A DNA stretch of 30,790 nt from an uncultured Candidatus Poseidoniales archaeon (GTDB taxonomy: Archaea; Thermoplasmatota; Poseidoniia; Poseidoniales; Thalassarchaeaceae). The position numbers and the translations under genes are program-made. The DNA is taken from the NCBI GenBank assembly GCA_963996605.1, contig CAXEIX010000001.1, positions 1-30,790 on the forward strand. Reading direction: 5' to 3'. Shown in pieces: positions 16,523 through 24,949 of this stretch (within the stretch, counting starts at the first letter, position 1; each line of letters starts with the position of its first letter). Under the pieces are notes generated by a model. That model was not told where the DNA came from, searched no databases, and was given only the letters and a program-made list of their open reading frames with translations.

Positions 16523-18523
16523 ATGAAAAAAGCAGGTATGAACAAGGCTGGAGCAATGACGCTCCTAATGATGATTGCAGCTCTAGCGGGCTGCGTAGGC
16601 GGAGAAACGGATGTCGATTTCGACCAGGCTCTGGTGGATCTTCAACCCGCATCGAGCAACGATTGCGAGGACGGGGGGACATGGGTCCATATCGGACTGG
16701 ACGCAAATAAGAACGGTAATCTCGATACATCCGAGATAACCGAATCGGTCGCAGTATGCAACGGCCAAGACGGAGATCCCGGGTCCCAAGGGGCACAAGG
16801 GCCCCAGGGAATCAGGGGTACTTCCGGAGAGGATGGTACTGACGGGGCAAACGGCGACTCAGGACTGCCCGGACAAGATGGCGAACAGGGGGCCACTGGG
16901 AACACCGGAAGCATGGGTCCAGTAGGACCTACCGGGGAAACCGGACCTGTAGGGCCCGCTGGGATGGACTTCGTCCACTGCCTTGCAGGGGATGGAGCAG
17001 CGTCTGTCAATGCCATGGTGGAATACTGCCCAGATAGCACGACTATCCTCGCTCAAGGCTCTTCTTACGCATGGTCGCTTGTAGGGAGCTTCCAATCAGC
17101 GCCACTTGGTTGCGACATGGGGGAGGACGAGTGCGAGGGGTACGCGGAGGTACCAGCCTACGACGCAGCGTCACAAAGGGCCTTCGTTGTCAATGCAGAA
17201 GACAGCTCGGTCGACATCATCGACATGAGCACTCCTAGTGATCCAACTCTGCATTTCAGACTAGTAATATCCAATGGAGAACCAAACAGCGTTGCCGTCA
17301 GCCCTAACGGACTAGTCGGCGTGGCCGTTGCGGTCGACCCAAAGCAAGACAACGGTCTCGCAATGTTCTTCGATACCGATGGGGCCCTCGTAGGCTCGGT
17401 CACTGCTGGCGCACTGCCAGACATGATCACCTTCACGAACGACGGAACCAAGGCTCTGATCGCCAATGAGGGAGAGCCAGACGATGACTACGACATCGAT
17501 CCAGTCGGCTCGGTTACAGTGGTGGATGTTTCGGATACCACAAGCCTGACAGCCACACAGGTTGGATTCACGTCCTTCAATTCGCAGATGGCTACTCTAG
17601 AGGCTAGCGGAGTCAGGATATTCGGGCCCGGTGCCACAGTGGCTCAGGACCTGGAGCCCGAGTACATCGCAGTTGCGGGCGACGACTCGACCGCCACAAT
17701 CGTGATGCAGGAGAACAACGCTGTCGCCACTCTCGACCTATCGACCAACACCATAACAGGCATCCACGCTCTTGGGTTCAAGGATTACTCCACACTGTCG
17801 CTTGACCTAAGTGACAGGGACGGGGGGGTCAACTTCCAGAGCTGGGACAACGTCAAGGGAATGTACCAGCCCGATGCAATGACCTCATTCGTAGCTAGTG
17901 ACGGGGTCACCTACTATGTCTCTGCCAACGAGGGAGATGCAAGGGATTACGATGGATACTCCGAAGAGGAGAGAGCCGATGACCTAACTCTAGATGCGAC
18001 ATCCTTCCCTGAAGGCGTTTCAGATGCCGATCTCGGTCGATTGAAGACGACCACTGCCGATGACTGTGGGGACACAGATGGCGATGGAGACGTGGACTTC
18101 ATCTGCAGCTACGGCGCCAGGTCTTTCTCGATATGGAAGTATGACAGCTCCGGAGACTTCGTTCAAGTCTGGGACAGTGGCGATGAGGTCGAGCACCTCA
18201 TGTCGGTAAACGGGCAATGGATTAACGGGTACACCGGTTCCAGGAATGACGACAAGGGCTCCGAGCCAGAGGGTGTAATCACTGGAGATTTCTTGGGTAG
18301 AACCCTAGCATTCGTAGCCCTGGAGAGATCAGGCGGAGTGATGATTTACGACCTCACTGATCCAGCCTCGCCGTTCTTCGTCCAGTATGTGTACATGCAC
18401 GATCACGTCTCGCCAGAGGCAATGGCATTCGTATCAGGGGCAGATAGCCCCAACGGAGCACCAATGCTGATCGTGGCAAACGAGGTCAGCGGTACGGTTG
18501 CCGTATTGCAACCAATGGTCTGA
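16523..18523 (+). CDS. Secreted lipoprotein with collagen-like stalk and choice-of-anchor-I (alkaline-phosphatase-associated) beta-propeller domain
   Basis: Lipobox-like ALAGCVGG. Domain motifs ANEGEP, LEPEYIAV, MYQPDA, ANEGDARDY, GARSFSIW, RNDDKGSEPEG, LERSGGVMIYD, SPEA and ANEVSGT. Start taken at ATG 16523 (the ORF track starts at 16457). Confidence 0.8.
   Translation: MKKAGMNKAGAMTLLMMIAALAGCVGGETDVDFDQALVDLQPASSNDCEDGGTWVHIGLDANKNGNLDTSEITESVAVCNGQDGDPGSQGAQGPQGIRGTSGEDGTDGANGDSGLPGQDGEQGATGNTGSMGPVGPTGETGPVGPAGMDFVHCLAGDGAASVNAMVEYCPDSTTILAQGSSYAWSLVGSFQSAPLGCDMGEDECEGYAEVPAYDAASQRAFVVNAEDSSVDIIDMSTPSDPTLHFRLVISNGEPNSVAVSPNGLVGVAVAVDPKQDNGLAMFFDTDGALVGSVTAGALPDMITFTNDGTKALIANEGEPDDDYDIDPVGSVTVVDVSDTTSLTATQVGFTSFNSQMATLEASGVRIFGPGATVAQDLEPEYIAVAGDDSTATIVMQENNAVATLDLSTNTITGIHALGFKDYSTLSLDLSDRDGGVNFQSWDNVKGMYQPDAMTSFVASDGVTYYVSANEGDARDYDGYSEEERADDLTLDATSFPEGVSDADLGRLKTTTADDCGDTDGDGDVDFICSYGARSFSIWKYDSSGDFVQVWDSGDEVEHLMSVNGQWINGYTGSRNDDKGSEPEGVITGDFLGRTLAFVALERSGGVMIYDLTDPASPFFVQYVYMHDHVSPEAMAFVSGADSPNGAPMLIVANEVSGTVAVLQPMV
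16763..16969 (+). repeat. Collagen-like Gly-X-Y repeat, 23 uninterrupted triplets
   Basis: GQD GDP GSQ GAQ GPQ ... GPV GPA GMD, counted from the translation. Confidence 0.9.
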
Positions 18524-18535
18524 GACCAACGAAAA

Positions 18536-18564
18536 TGGGCAGGGGGGCAAGGCTCCCCTGCCCA
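18536..18564 (+). terminator. GC-rich stem-loop after the choice-of-anchor-I gene
   Basis: TGGGCAGGGG (18536-18545) pairs with CCCCTGCCCA (18555-18564) and extends inward. It starts 13 nt after the stop and has no immediate U-tract. Confidence 0.6.
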
Positions 18565-18620
18565 AACATTCTCATTTGTCAGCCGACAGATAGTTAGATT
18601 CGGCACCGCGGGGAAATGTA

Positions 18621-19349
18621 ATGGAAATCCTCCTATTGGCTTTCATAGGGACCTTTTTCGCAGCAGCGCTGACTGTTCCTGCTGGATTCGGCCTCTCAAC
18701 AATGCTGACTCCAATCGTACTTCTGATCATGGGCCCACATGAAGCAGTGGCAGTAGTTGCGGTCGTCCATGCGGCTCACAATGCTGGCAAATTCATCGCC
18801 CTGAGGGATAGCGTGGACTTCTCGGCATTCAGGCGCTATGGGATATGGCTGGTATTCGGCTCTATCGCTGGAGCGCTGCTGCAGAACCGCGTTCAACAGG
18901 AACCGCTATTGGCTCTAATCGGGGCCTTCCTGATAATCCTCCCAATATTGACCCTCAGCGAGTCATGGACTGGGTACAGGATTCCCGAGGCCAATGACAG
19001 GTTCGGCGGCCTCGGATCAGGATTCATGGGGGGTCTTTCAGGACACCAGGGTGCACTAAGGGCGATGTTTCTGACACGTCGTTTGCCAGACAAGATGTCC
19101 TATGCAGCCACTGCGAGCGTTCTAGCCCTCTGCGTCGATCTCTCAAGGGTCCCAGTTTACATCCTCTCTCGGCCCGAAGAAATCTACCAGCACCTACAGC
19201 TGACTGCGGTAATGGTGATTTCCGCGCTGATAGGGGTCAGGGCAGGAAAGAAGTGGCTAGAGTCACTGAAAAGCGCATGGGTCAATAAAATGGTAATGTC
19301 GGGAATAATTGCCAGCGGCGTATTCTATATCTACATGGCACTTTACTGA
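18621..19349 (+). CDS. TauE/SafE (TSUP) family anion permease
   Basis: 242 aa, hydrophobic, two-fold internal repeat with GFGLSTMLTP and GFMGGLSGHQGALRAMFL. Confidence 0.82.
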   Translation: MEILLLAFIGTFFAAALTVPAGFGLSTMLTPIVLLIMGPHEAVAVVAVVHAAHNAGKFIALRDSVDFSAFRRYGIWLVFGSIAGALLQNRVQQEPLLALIGAFLIILPILTLSESWTGYRIPEANDRFGGLGSGFMGGLSGHQGALRAMFLTRRLPDKMSYAATASVLALCVDLSRVPVYILSRPEEIYQHLQLTAVMVISALIGVRAGKKWLESLKSAWVNKMVMSGIIASGVFYIYMALY

Positions 19350-19437
19350 TTTTGAGAGTCCCCTGGATATACCACAGAGTAATACGCACAAGTCTGCTCC
19401 GCTGCTTGCTCGCTAGATTTCAATTGGAGGTTTTTTG

Positions 19438-20175
19438 ATGGTTCAGAATGGGATTTTGATTGCTGTCGAGGGCATGGACGGATCCGGGAAGAGCACGCAA
19501 GCAAAGCTGCTGTACCACTGGCTCAGGGCCAAGGGGCTCCCGGTCTTCCACACCGAGTGGAACTCGAGCAAGATAGTCAAGCAAGCGACCAAGATAGGGA
19601 AGAATACCCATAGGCTCCTGCCAATCACGTTCCACATGATACATGCCGCAGACTTCGCAGACAGGTGGGCACAGCAGATAGAACCGGTCTTGGAGATAGG
19701 CGGGATAGTGATTTGTGACCGCTACAAGTATACGGCCATGGCGAGGGACGGTTCAAGGGATGTCCCCCGAGAGGTCATCGAGGACACATACTCATTCGCG
19801 AGGGAGCCAGACCTGACCCTGTACTTCGACGTCCCAGTGGATGTCAGCTTCGATCGCATCGCCAAGGGCCGACCGAGGCTGAAGTTCTACGAAGCCGGGA
19901 TGGACATGGGGTGGACGACCGACCCGTTCGAGTCCTACAGGATCTTCCAAGGCAAGGTCTCGGAGATCTACTCGGGACTCGTGGACGAGGGAAGGATCGT
20001 ACGCCTCGATGCCGAGGGAACCGTGGCGGAGGTCCAGTCCAGGGTTAGGGAGGCCTTCGACAAGCACATCGACCTCTCTGAGGTACAGGTCATCGACCAA
20101 TCGGATAGGCTAGCACAGAATCTCAGCGAGTCCGACATCGACTGGCTAACGTACTCGGGGGGTGAGGGGGAATGA
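19438..20175 (+). CDS. Thymidylate-kinase-fold P-loop kinase, putative catalytic subunit of a heteromeric polyphosphate kinase
   Basis: Intact Walker A EGMDGSGKST and DRY. TEWNSS replaces the TREPG motif and there is no AYQG motif. SD GGAGG at 19426-19430. Confidence 0.75.
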   Translation: MVQNGILIAVEGMDGSGKSTQAKLLYHWLRAKGLPVFHTEWNSSKIVKQATKIGKNTHRLLPITFHMIHAADFADRWAQQIEPVLEIGGIVICDRYKYTAMARDGSRDVPREVIEDTYSFAREPDLTLYFDVPVDVSFDRIAKGRPRLKFYEAGMDMGWTTDPFESYRIFQGKVSEIYSGLVDEGRIVRLDAEGTVAEVQSRVREAFDKHIDLSEVQVIDQSDRLAQNLSESDIDWLTYSGGEGE

Positions 20176-20846
20176 GCCACGCGGGCAAGCTGATAGTAAT
20201 CGAGGGCCCGGACCACGTAGGAAGAACCCTACACGTGCGCCTCCTATCTGCCAGGTTGAAGGCGAACGGAATCGCAACCCACATCATAGGGCTGGCCCGT
20301 TCCGAACTGATGGGCGAGATTGTCAAGTCAAGAACCGCTGACATCCACCAGCTGAACTGGCGAACCAGGTCGCTCCTGTACGCCACCGACCTGCACGACC
20401 AGATCAAGCACGAGGCAGAACCGCTGCTGGATGCCGGATTCGTGGTCATCGCTGACCGGTACACACTCACTCCGAGGATCAGGGAGCAGGTGAGGGGCGG
20501 GGATGGTGATTGGATCGACTCGCTATACTCCAATACCCCCGATCCCGATGCCATGATCGTACTCCACGCAGGGCCTCGCCGACTGTTGAACCGAATCATG
20601 TTCGGAGAGAGCCTGGAGGCGCTGAACCACTTCGAAGCAGGCATGGACCTCGCACTCTCCTCGTCCATCACCTCTTCCTTCCTGCAGTACCAGAAGATCC
20701 TCAGGCAGGAGTTCCAGGATGCTGGGAAGACAGCAGGCGCCACCCTGATTCCGACTAGACACACCGTCCAAGACGTCCATGACAGGATATGGGACTCGGT
20801 ATACCCAGTCGTGGAGCACATGCTACAGCCGATAGATGGGAACTAG
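20172..20846 (+). CDS. Thymidylate-kinase-fold paralogue with degenerate P-loop, putative regulatory subunit
   Basis: EGPDHVGRT replaces GxxxxGKS/T. It shares DRY and F/YEAGMD with the upstream gene, and has an ATGA overlap with it. Confidence 0.72.
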   Translation: MSHAGKLIVIEGPDHVGRTLHVRLLSARLKANGIATHIIGLARSELMGEIVKSRTADIHQLNWRTRSLLYATDLHDQIKHEAEPLLDAGFVVIADRYTLTPRIREQVRGGDGDWIDSLYSNTPDPDAMIVLHAGPRRLLNRIMFGESLEALNHFEAGMDLALSSSITSSFLQYQKILRQEFQDAGKTAGATLIPTRHTVQDVHDRIWDSVYPVVEHMLQPIDGN

Positions 20847-22291
20847 CCCAGTATATCCGCCACAACATCCGGTTGGGTGAGGTAGGCGAAGAGGCCTATT
20901 CCAGCGAACATCATCATCCAAGAGCCCGTGGCCTTCACGATAGACGAGTGCCTCCTGAGGGAGTCGATCAGAGCCCCCCTGCCCATCCCGACCATGGCAG
21001 TCACCCCAATCATCAGTAGCGATACGGAAATCATCAGCCCGCCCATGCCCATCACAAGTGCGCCCTCGCCGACAACCGCCAGCCATGCCACGAACGGGAA
21101 GACCGCAGCCGCGGTGCAGTCCACCGAAGCAGCGCTGTAGCCGATCCCCCACAGGTACATGTTCCTCCTGGGGGTGAAGCGCTCGTCATCCTCCGTGGTC
21201 ATGTGCCTGTCAAGCAGGCCTTGGACCCGTGACAGCACGTGGGATGTCCACCCCATGAGCATCAGCGCGCCGAGCACCACCAGCAGGAGGGCGATCCCCA
21301 CTGCAATGTCATGAAGTATGCCAGAAAGGTTCAGCACACCATCCAGGCCGAAGATCACGACTCCCACGCAGCCGAAGAATGTCAGTTGCCCCAGAGCCGC
21401 GAAAGTCCCCACCTCAAGGGCACCAGGCGCTGCACCCTCCAGCTTCCCAGCCTCTCGGAGCTCGTCCTCCCTCACCCCGAGGCTGAGGCAGTAGCTGATG
21501 TAGGATGGCAGGACGGGGAACGCGCAGGGTGAGAAGTAGACAAGTACGCCAAGGAAGAGACCGATGAAGAAGACCCCGGAGAATGACCTGTCCGCCTTCT
21601 CGATGCCGAACCGAAGGCTCTCTGCGTCTCCCTCGAGCGCCCTATCTACGGCTCTGTCGAATGATGACCACCCGTCAAGTGGCGTCCCAGTCCCCTCCTT
21701 AGCCACCACGTAACCCTCGTGGTCTATCACGTACACGATTGGTAGGTTCTGAGCGGCATAGTGCTCAACCAGGTCCCCCCTTCCTCCGTCCTCGAGGATG
21801 ATCGAGTCAGTGGCGCCGTTCGCCACCGGCCAACGCATGTGCTTGTCGGCATCGGAGTCCCCGAACGTCTCGTTGATCCAGTCGAACGACTCGTAGCCGT
21901 ACCAAGATGCGATTGACAATGCCACGACGGGATACTCGGAACCGGACTCATGCCAAGAGTCCAGGCTGCCCTCTATGTGCCCCTGTACGTAGTGGCAGTT
22001 CGCGCAGTCGACGGCCATGAAGTCTAGGATGACCACGCTCCCCCTCAGGTCGGAGAGCTTCACCATCCCTGCATCGTCCGCAATCGAGTCGTCAATCCCC
22101 GTCCTGTTCATGGTCATCACCTCGAAGTCAGGAACAATCTCGGCGTCATCGGATACTCCGTAAAGCGAAGACGAGACTCCGAAAATCGCCAGCGATGCAT
22201 AGGCAATAATGCAGAAAAGGACGATGCCTATTCCGAAGGCCTTCCAGGTGTCCTGCTCGCGCAAAACCCCCATATCGATGCCCTCTGCCAT
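20843..22291 (-). CDS. Thioredoxin-like (CxxC) domain fused to a CcdA/DsbD-type membrane domain
   Basis: N-terminal TM helix, then VVILDFMAVDCANCH, then FSPCAFPVLPSY and DCTAAAVFP with several TM helices. Start moved to MAEGID at 22291 because the longer ORF runs into tRNA-Val. Confidence 0.8.
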   Translation of the reverse strand: MAEGIDMGVLREQDTWKAFGIGIVLFCIIAYASLAIFGVSSSLYGVSDDAEIVPDFEVMTMNRTGIDDSIADDAGMVKLSDLRGSVVILDFMAVDCANCHYVQGHIEGSLDSWHESGSEYPVVALSIASWYGYESFDWINETFGDSDADKHMRWPVANGATDSIILEDGGRGDLVEHYAAQNLPIVYVIDHEGYVVAKEGTGTPLDGWSSFDRAVDRALEGDAESLRFGIEKADRSFSGVFFIGLFLGVLVYFSPCAFPVLPSYISYCLSLGVREDELREAGKLEGAAPGALEVGTFAALGQLTFFGCVGVVIFGLDGVLNLSGILHDIAVGIALLLVVLGALMLMGWTSHVLSRVQGLLDRHMTTEDDERFTPRRNMYLWGIGYSAASVDCTAAAVFPFVAWLAVVGEGALVMGMGGLMISVSLLMIGVTAMVGMGRGALIDSLRRHSSIVKATGSWMMMFAGIGLFAYLTQPDVVADILG

Positions 22292-22386
22292 GGGTTTCCG
22301 AGCCCTCTGCCACTTTTGACTCCGGCGGGGACCTGATGCCGGCCTGTCACCAATCTTATGCGCAGGAGATTGCTGGCAAACAGGCC

Positions 22387-22462
22387 GGGCTCGTGGTCTA
22401 GGGGTTATGACGTCGCCTTCACATGGCGAAGATCGCAGGTTCAATTCCTGCCGAGCCCACCA
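22387..22462 (+). tRNA. tRNA-Val (anticodon CAC), CCA encoded
   Basis: Acceptor GGGCTCG/CGAGCCC, anticodon arm TCGCC-TTCACAT-GGCGA, T arm GCAGG-TTCAATT-CCTGC, 3' ACCA. Confidence 0.97.
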
Positions 22463-23172
22463 TCAACCAAATCCTGTATCAGGGAAGATGCCCCTATTCG
22501 CATGCGTCCCTTACCGGTGATGGAACCGTCCCTCCCCTCCACTATGGAGATCAGCCTCTCGGCATCCTCCCTCTTCGAGATCCCGCCCGATACCTTGACC
22601 CCCGGACTCCCTTCGAATGAGAGGCAGTGCCTGCTGACCTCCTCCGCCATTATGGCAGCGGCCTCGTCGCTGCATTCCCCCCTCTTGCCCGTGCAAGACT
22701 TGACGAAGTCTGCCCCGGCTGCCAGGGCCATCCTGGTAACCGCCCTCAAACGCCTCTCATCTAGCAACGGGGCCTCTAGTATGACCTTCAGGATCAGCCC
22801 CTGTGACGCCTCCCTCATGGCAATGAGCTTGGCTAGCTCGGATTGCCCCGGGAACGAGGGGTCGTCATTCGGCTCCAAAACGCAGTCTACCTCATCGGCA
22901 CCCTTCGATGCAGCCTCGCTGACCGCATCGAATATCTCGTCGGGGGAGTCGCTGCCTAGTGGGAACCCGCCTGCAACCAGGGCCAGCGAAACCACTGGGT
23001 CGATCCGCCGCTTGACGAACCCGGCGTGCTCGGGGAAAACGCAGACCGCTGCCGTCCGATGCCTGCTGGCGAGATCACAGAGCCCAGCAAGCTCCTCCTC
23101 GCTGGCGCCCGAGTCAAGCAGGGTCAGGTCCAGCAGGTCGAGGATCTTCCTCGCTCCCATCGAGCCACTCAT
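22441..23172 (-). CDS. deoC: Deoxyribose-phosphate aldolase
   Basis: LDLTLL, AAVCVFP, GFPLG, GADEVDCV, LKVILE, GADFVKSCTGK, GVKVSGGI, RIGASSL. The start overlaps the serC stop (ATGA). Confidence 0.9.
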   Translation of the reverse strand: MSGSMGARKILDLLDLTLLDSGASEEELAGLCDLASRHRTAAVCVFPEHAGFVKRRIDPVVSLALVAGGFPLGSDSPDEIFDAVSEAASKGADEVDCVLEPNDDPSFPGQSELAKLIAMREASQGLILKVILEAPLLDERRLRAVTRMALAAGADFVKSCTGKRGECSDEAAAIMAEEVSRHCLSFEGSPGVKVSGGISKREDAERLISIVEGRDGSITGKGRMRIGASSLIQDLVDGGLGRN

Positions 23173-24266
23173 CCGTGACGACTCTCGAATTCGGCCATGA
23201 AAGAGGCTAGAGCCTCCACGCTCTCCACCGGGCACCCGTTGTACAGGCTCGCCCTGATGCCGCCAACGCTCCTGTGGCCCTTCAGGCCTCCCATCCCGCT
23301 GTCCATCGCTTCAGAGAGGAACACATCCTCGAGGCCCTCGTCGGCTAGCCTCCATGTGACGTTCATCATCGATCTGGAACCGACTTCGGCATGCGGCCTC
23401 CAGAAGTCACTACCGTCCAGCATGTCGTAGATGAGTCCTGACTTCTTCTGGTTCCTCCGGATGGCTCCATCCAAGCCGCCGTTCCTCTCGACCCAGGATA
23501 GGACCTTGTCCAGTACGAAGATGCCGTATGTGTTGGGGGTGTTGAACATCGATCCCTTGGAGATGTGGGTCTGGTAGTCCAGCATGGTCGGAAGCCCCTC
23601 CTTGCCCCTGCTGGCAGCCCATGGCGAGAGGATGACGACCGTCACCCCGCTCGGCCCCAGGTTCTTCTGGGCGCCAGCGTAGATCAGGTCATGCTTGGAA
23701 ACGTCGAGGTGCGCACCGCATATGTCCGAGCTGGCATCGACCACCCTGGGCTTCCCGTTGCTATCGGGCAGGTGGTTGAACTGGGTCCCGAAGAGTGTGT
23801 TGTTGGAGGTGTAGTGGAGGTACTCGGCATCATCTCGCACAGAGTAGTCCCCGTCACCGGGGACCGACTTGAAGCCGTTGCTGGAGTCGTCCCAAGCAGC
23901 TGCGCCGTCCCCGATCCTATTCGCCTCTGCAAGTGCCTTCTTCGCCCAGATCCCCGTCACGAGGAAGTCAGCAGCGCCACCATTGCTCAGGAGGTTCAGC
24001 GCAGTCATGTAGAACTGGGTAGATGCCCCTCCCTGCAGGAACAGCACCTCGTAGTCATCGGGGACCGAGAGGAGCCTCCTCATCCTGCCCATGGCAGAGT
24101 CAATTACTTCCTGGAATGCAGGGCTTCGATGCGAGACCTCCATCAAACCAAAGCCACTGCCGTTCATATTGGGCAGGGATTCGGCAACCTCGGTCACCAC
24201 TTCGAGGGGGAGTACGGCGGGGCCAGCCCCGAAGTTGTGAATGCGACTCTCGCCCCCCACGTTCAC
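23169..24266 (-). CDS. serC: Phosphoserine aminotransferase
   Basis: HNFGAGPAVLP, EVSHRS, FLQGGASTQF, YAGAQKNLGPSG (PLP lysine), NTPNT, GHRSVGGIRASLYN. GTG start at 24266 or 24260. Confidence 0.95.
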   Translation of the reverse strand: MNVGGESRIHNFGAGPAVLPLEVVTEVAESLPNMNGSGFGLMEVSHRSPAFQEVIDSAMGRMRRLLSVPDDYEVLFLQGGASTQFYMTALNLLSNGGAADFLVTGIWAKKALAEANRIGDGAAAWDDSSNGFKSVPGDGDYSVRDDAEYLHYTSNNTLFGTQFNHLPDSNGKPRVVDASSDICGAHLDVSKHDLIYAGAQKNLGPSGVTVVILSPWAASRGKEGLPTMLDYQTHISKGSMFNTPNTYGIFVLDKVLSWVERNGGLDGAIRRNQKKSGLIYDMLDGSDFWRPHAEVGSRSMMNVTWRLADEGLEDVFLSEAMDSGMGGLKGHRSVGGIRASLYNGCPVESVEALASFMAEFESRHG

Positions 24267-24340
24267 ACGGGGCCACAGACGGTCTTTCAGCCCATCGGAG
24301 AAGCAACAGGGTTCATTTCTCGTTGTCAAGCCGGCGGTTT

Positions 24341-24949
24341 GTGCTACGCATAGGTCTGGTAATGCTCCAGGGGGCCCGACACTCCCACATTTCCGCTCTA
24401 GAGAGGGCATCAATGGAGACTGGCATCGACATCGAGGTCCACGAACTGAGGAAGGCCTCCGACCTAGAGTCATCCGAACCGAATGCAATCGTGATGCCGG
24501 GGGGCGAGTCTACAACGATGAGGCTAACTGGCAATGACGCGATTTCCCCCTTGCTCCCCGCTGTCTTCGAGTGGATAAGGGCGGATCAGACGCGACCGGT
24601 CCTGGGCACCTGTGCGGGAGCGATACTCCTCGCAGATCCGGGAGACGGGGGAGGCTCACTGGTCGACGCTTCAGTGGAGAGGAACGGCTTCGGCTCCCAG
24701 GCCGAATCATTCCAAGCCGAGATCGATGCCATAGCGCTCGATCGCGAGTTCCCCGGCGTCTTCATCCGAGCACCACGCTTCGTCGAGATGGGAGATGATG
24801 CCCAGATCGTCGCGAGACTCGGGGATGAGGTGGTAGGGGTCATGACTCAGAACCGCATGGCACTCACATTCCATCCGGAACTGTCACAGGACCCCGGATT
24901 CCATGAATGGCTTCTGGAGACTGCAGCCAAGCAAGGGGCGGGGGCATAG
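24341..24949 (+). CDS. pdxT: Pyridoxal 5'-phosphate synthase glutaminase subunit
   Basis: IGLVMLQGA, MPGGESTT, LGTCAGAILL, RNGFGSQAESF, GVFIRAP, TFHPEL. GTG start at 24341 inferred. Confidence 0.93.
   Translation: MLRIGLVMLQGARHSHISALERASMETGIDIEVHELRKASDLESSEPNAIVMPGGESTTMRLTGNDAISPLLPAVFEWIRADQTRPVLGTCAGAILLADPGDGGGSLVDASVERNGFGSQAESFQAEIDAIALDREFPGVFIRAPRFVEMGDDAQIVARLGDEVVGVMTQNRMALTFHPELSQDPGFHEWLLETAAKQGAGA

Noticed and set aside
3588-19430. Integrative mobile element with att sites
   Set aside because: No integrase, transposase or flanking direct repeat was found, and the tRNAs lie outside the compositional boundaries.
19438-20846. Calling the pair tmk (dTMP kinase)
   Set aside because: The thymidylate-specific TREPG and AYQG motifs are missing, and the second copy lacks the Walker A lysine.
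22292-22444. N-terminal extension of the Trx-CcdA ORF, and the similar extensions of the serC (to 24488), pdxT (from 24023) and ThiS (from 30017) ORFs
   Set aside because: They overlap tRNAs or divergent genes and precede the family's normal start.
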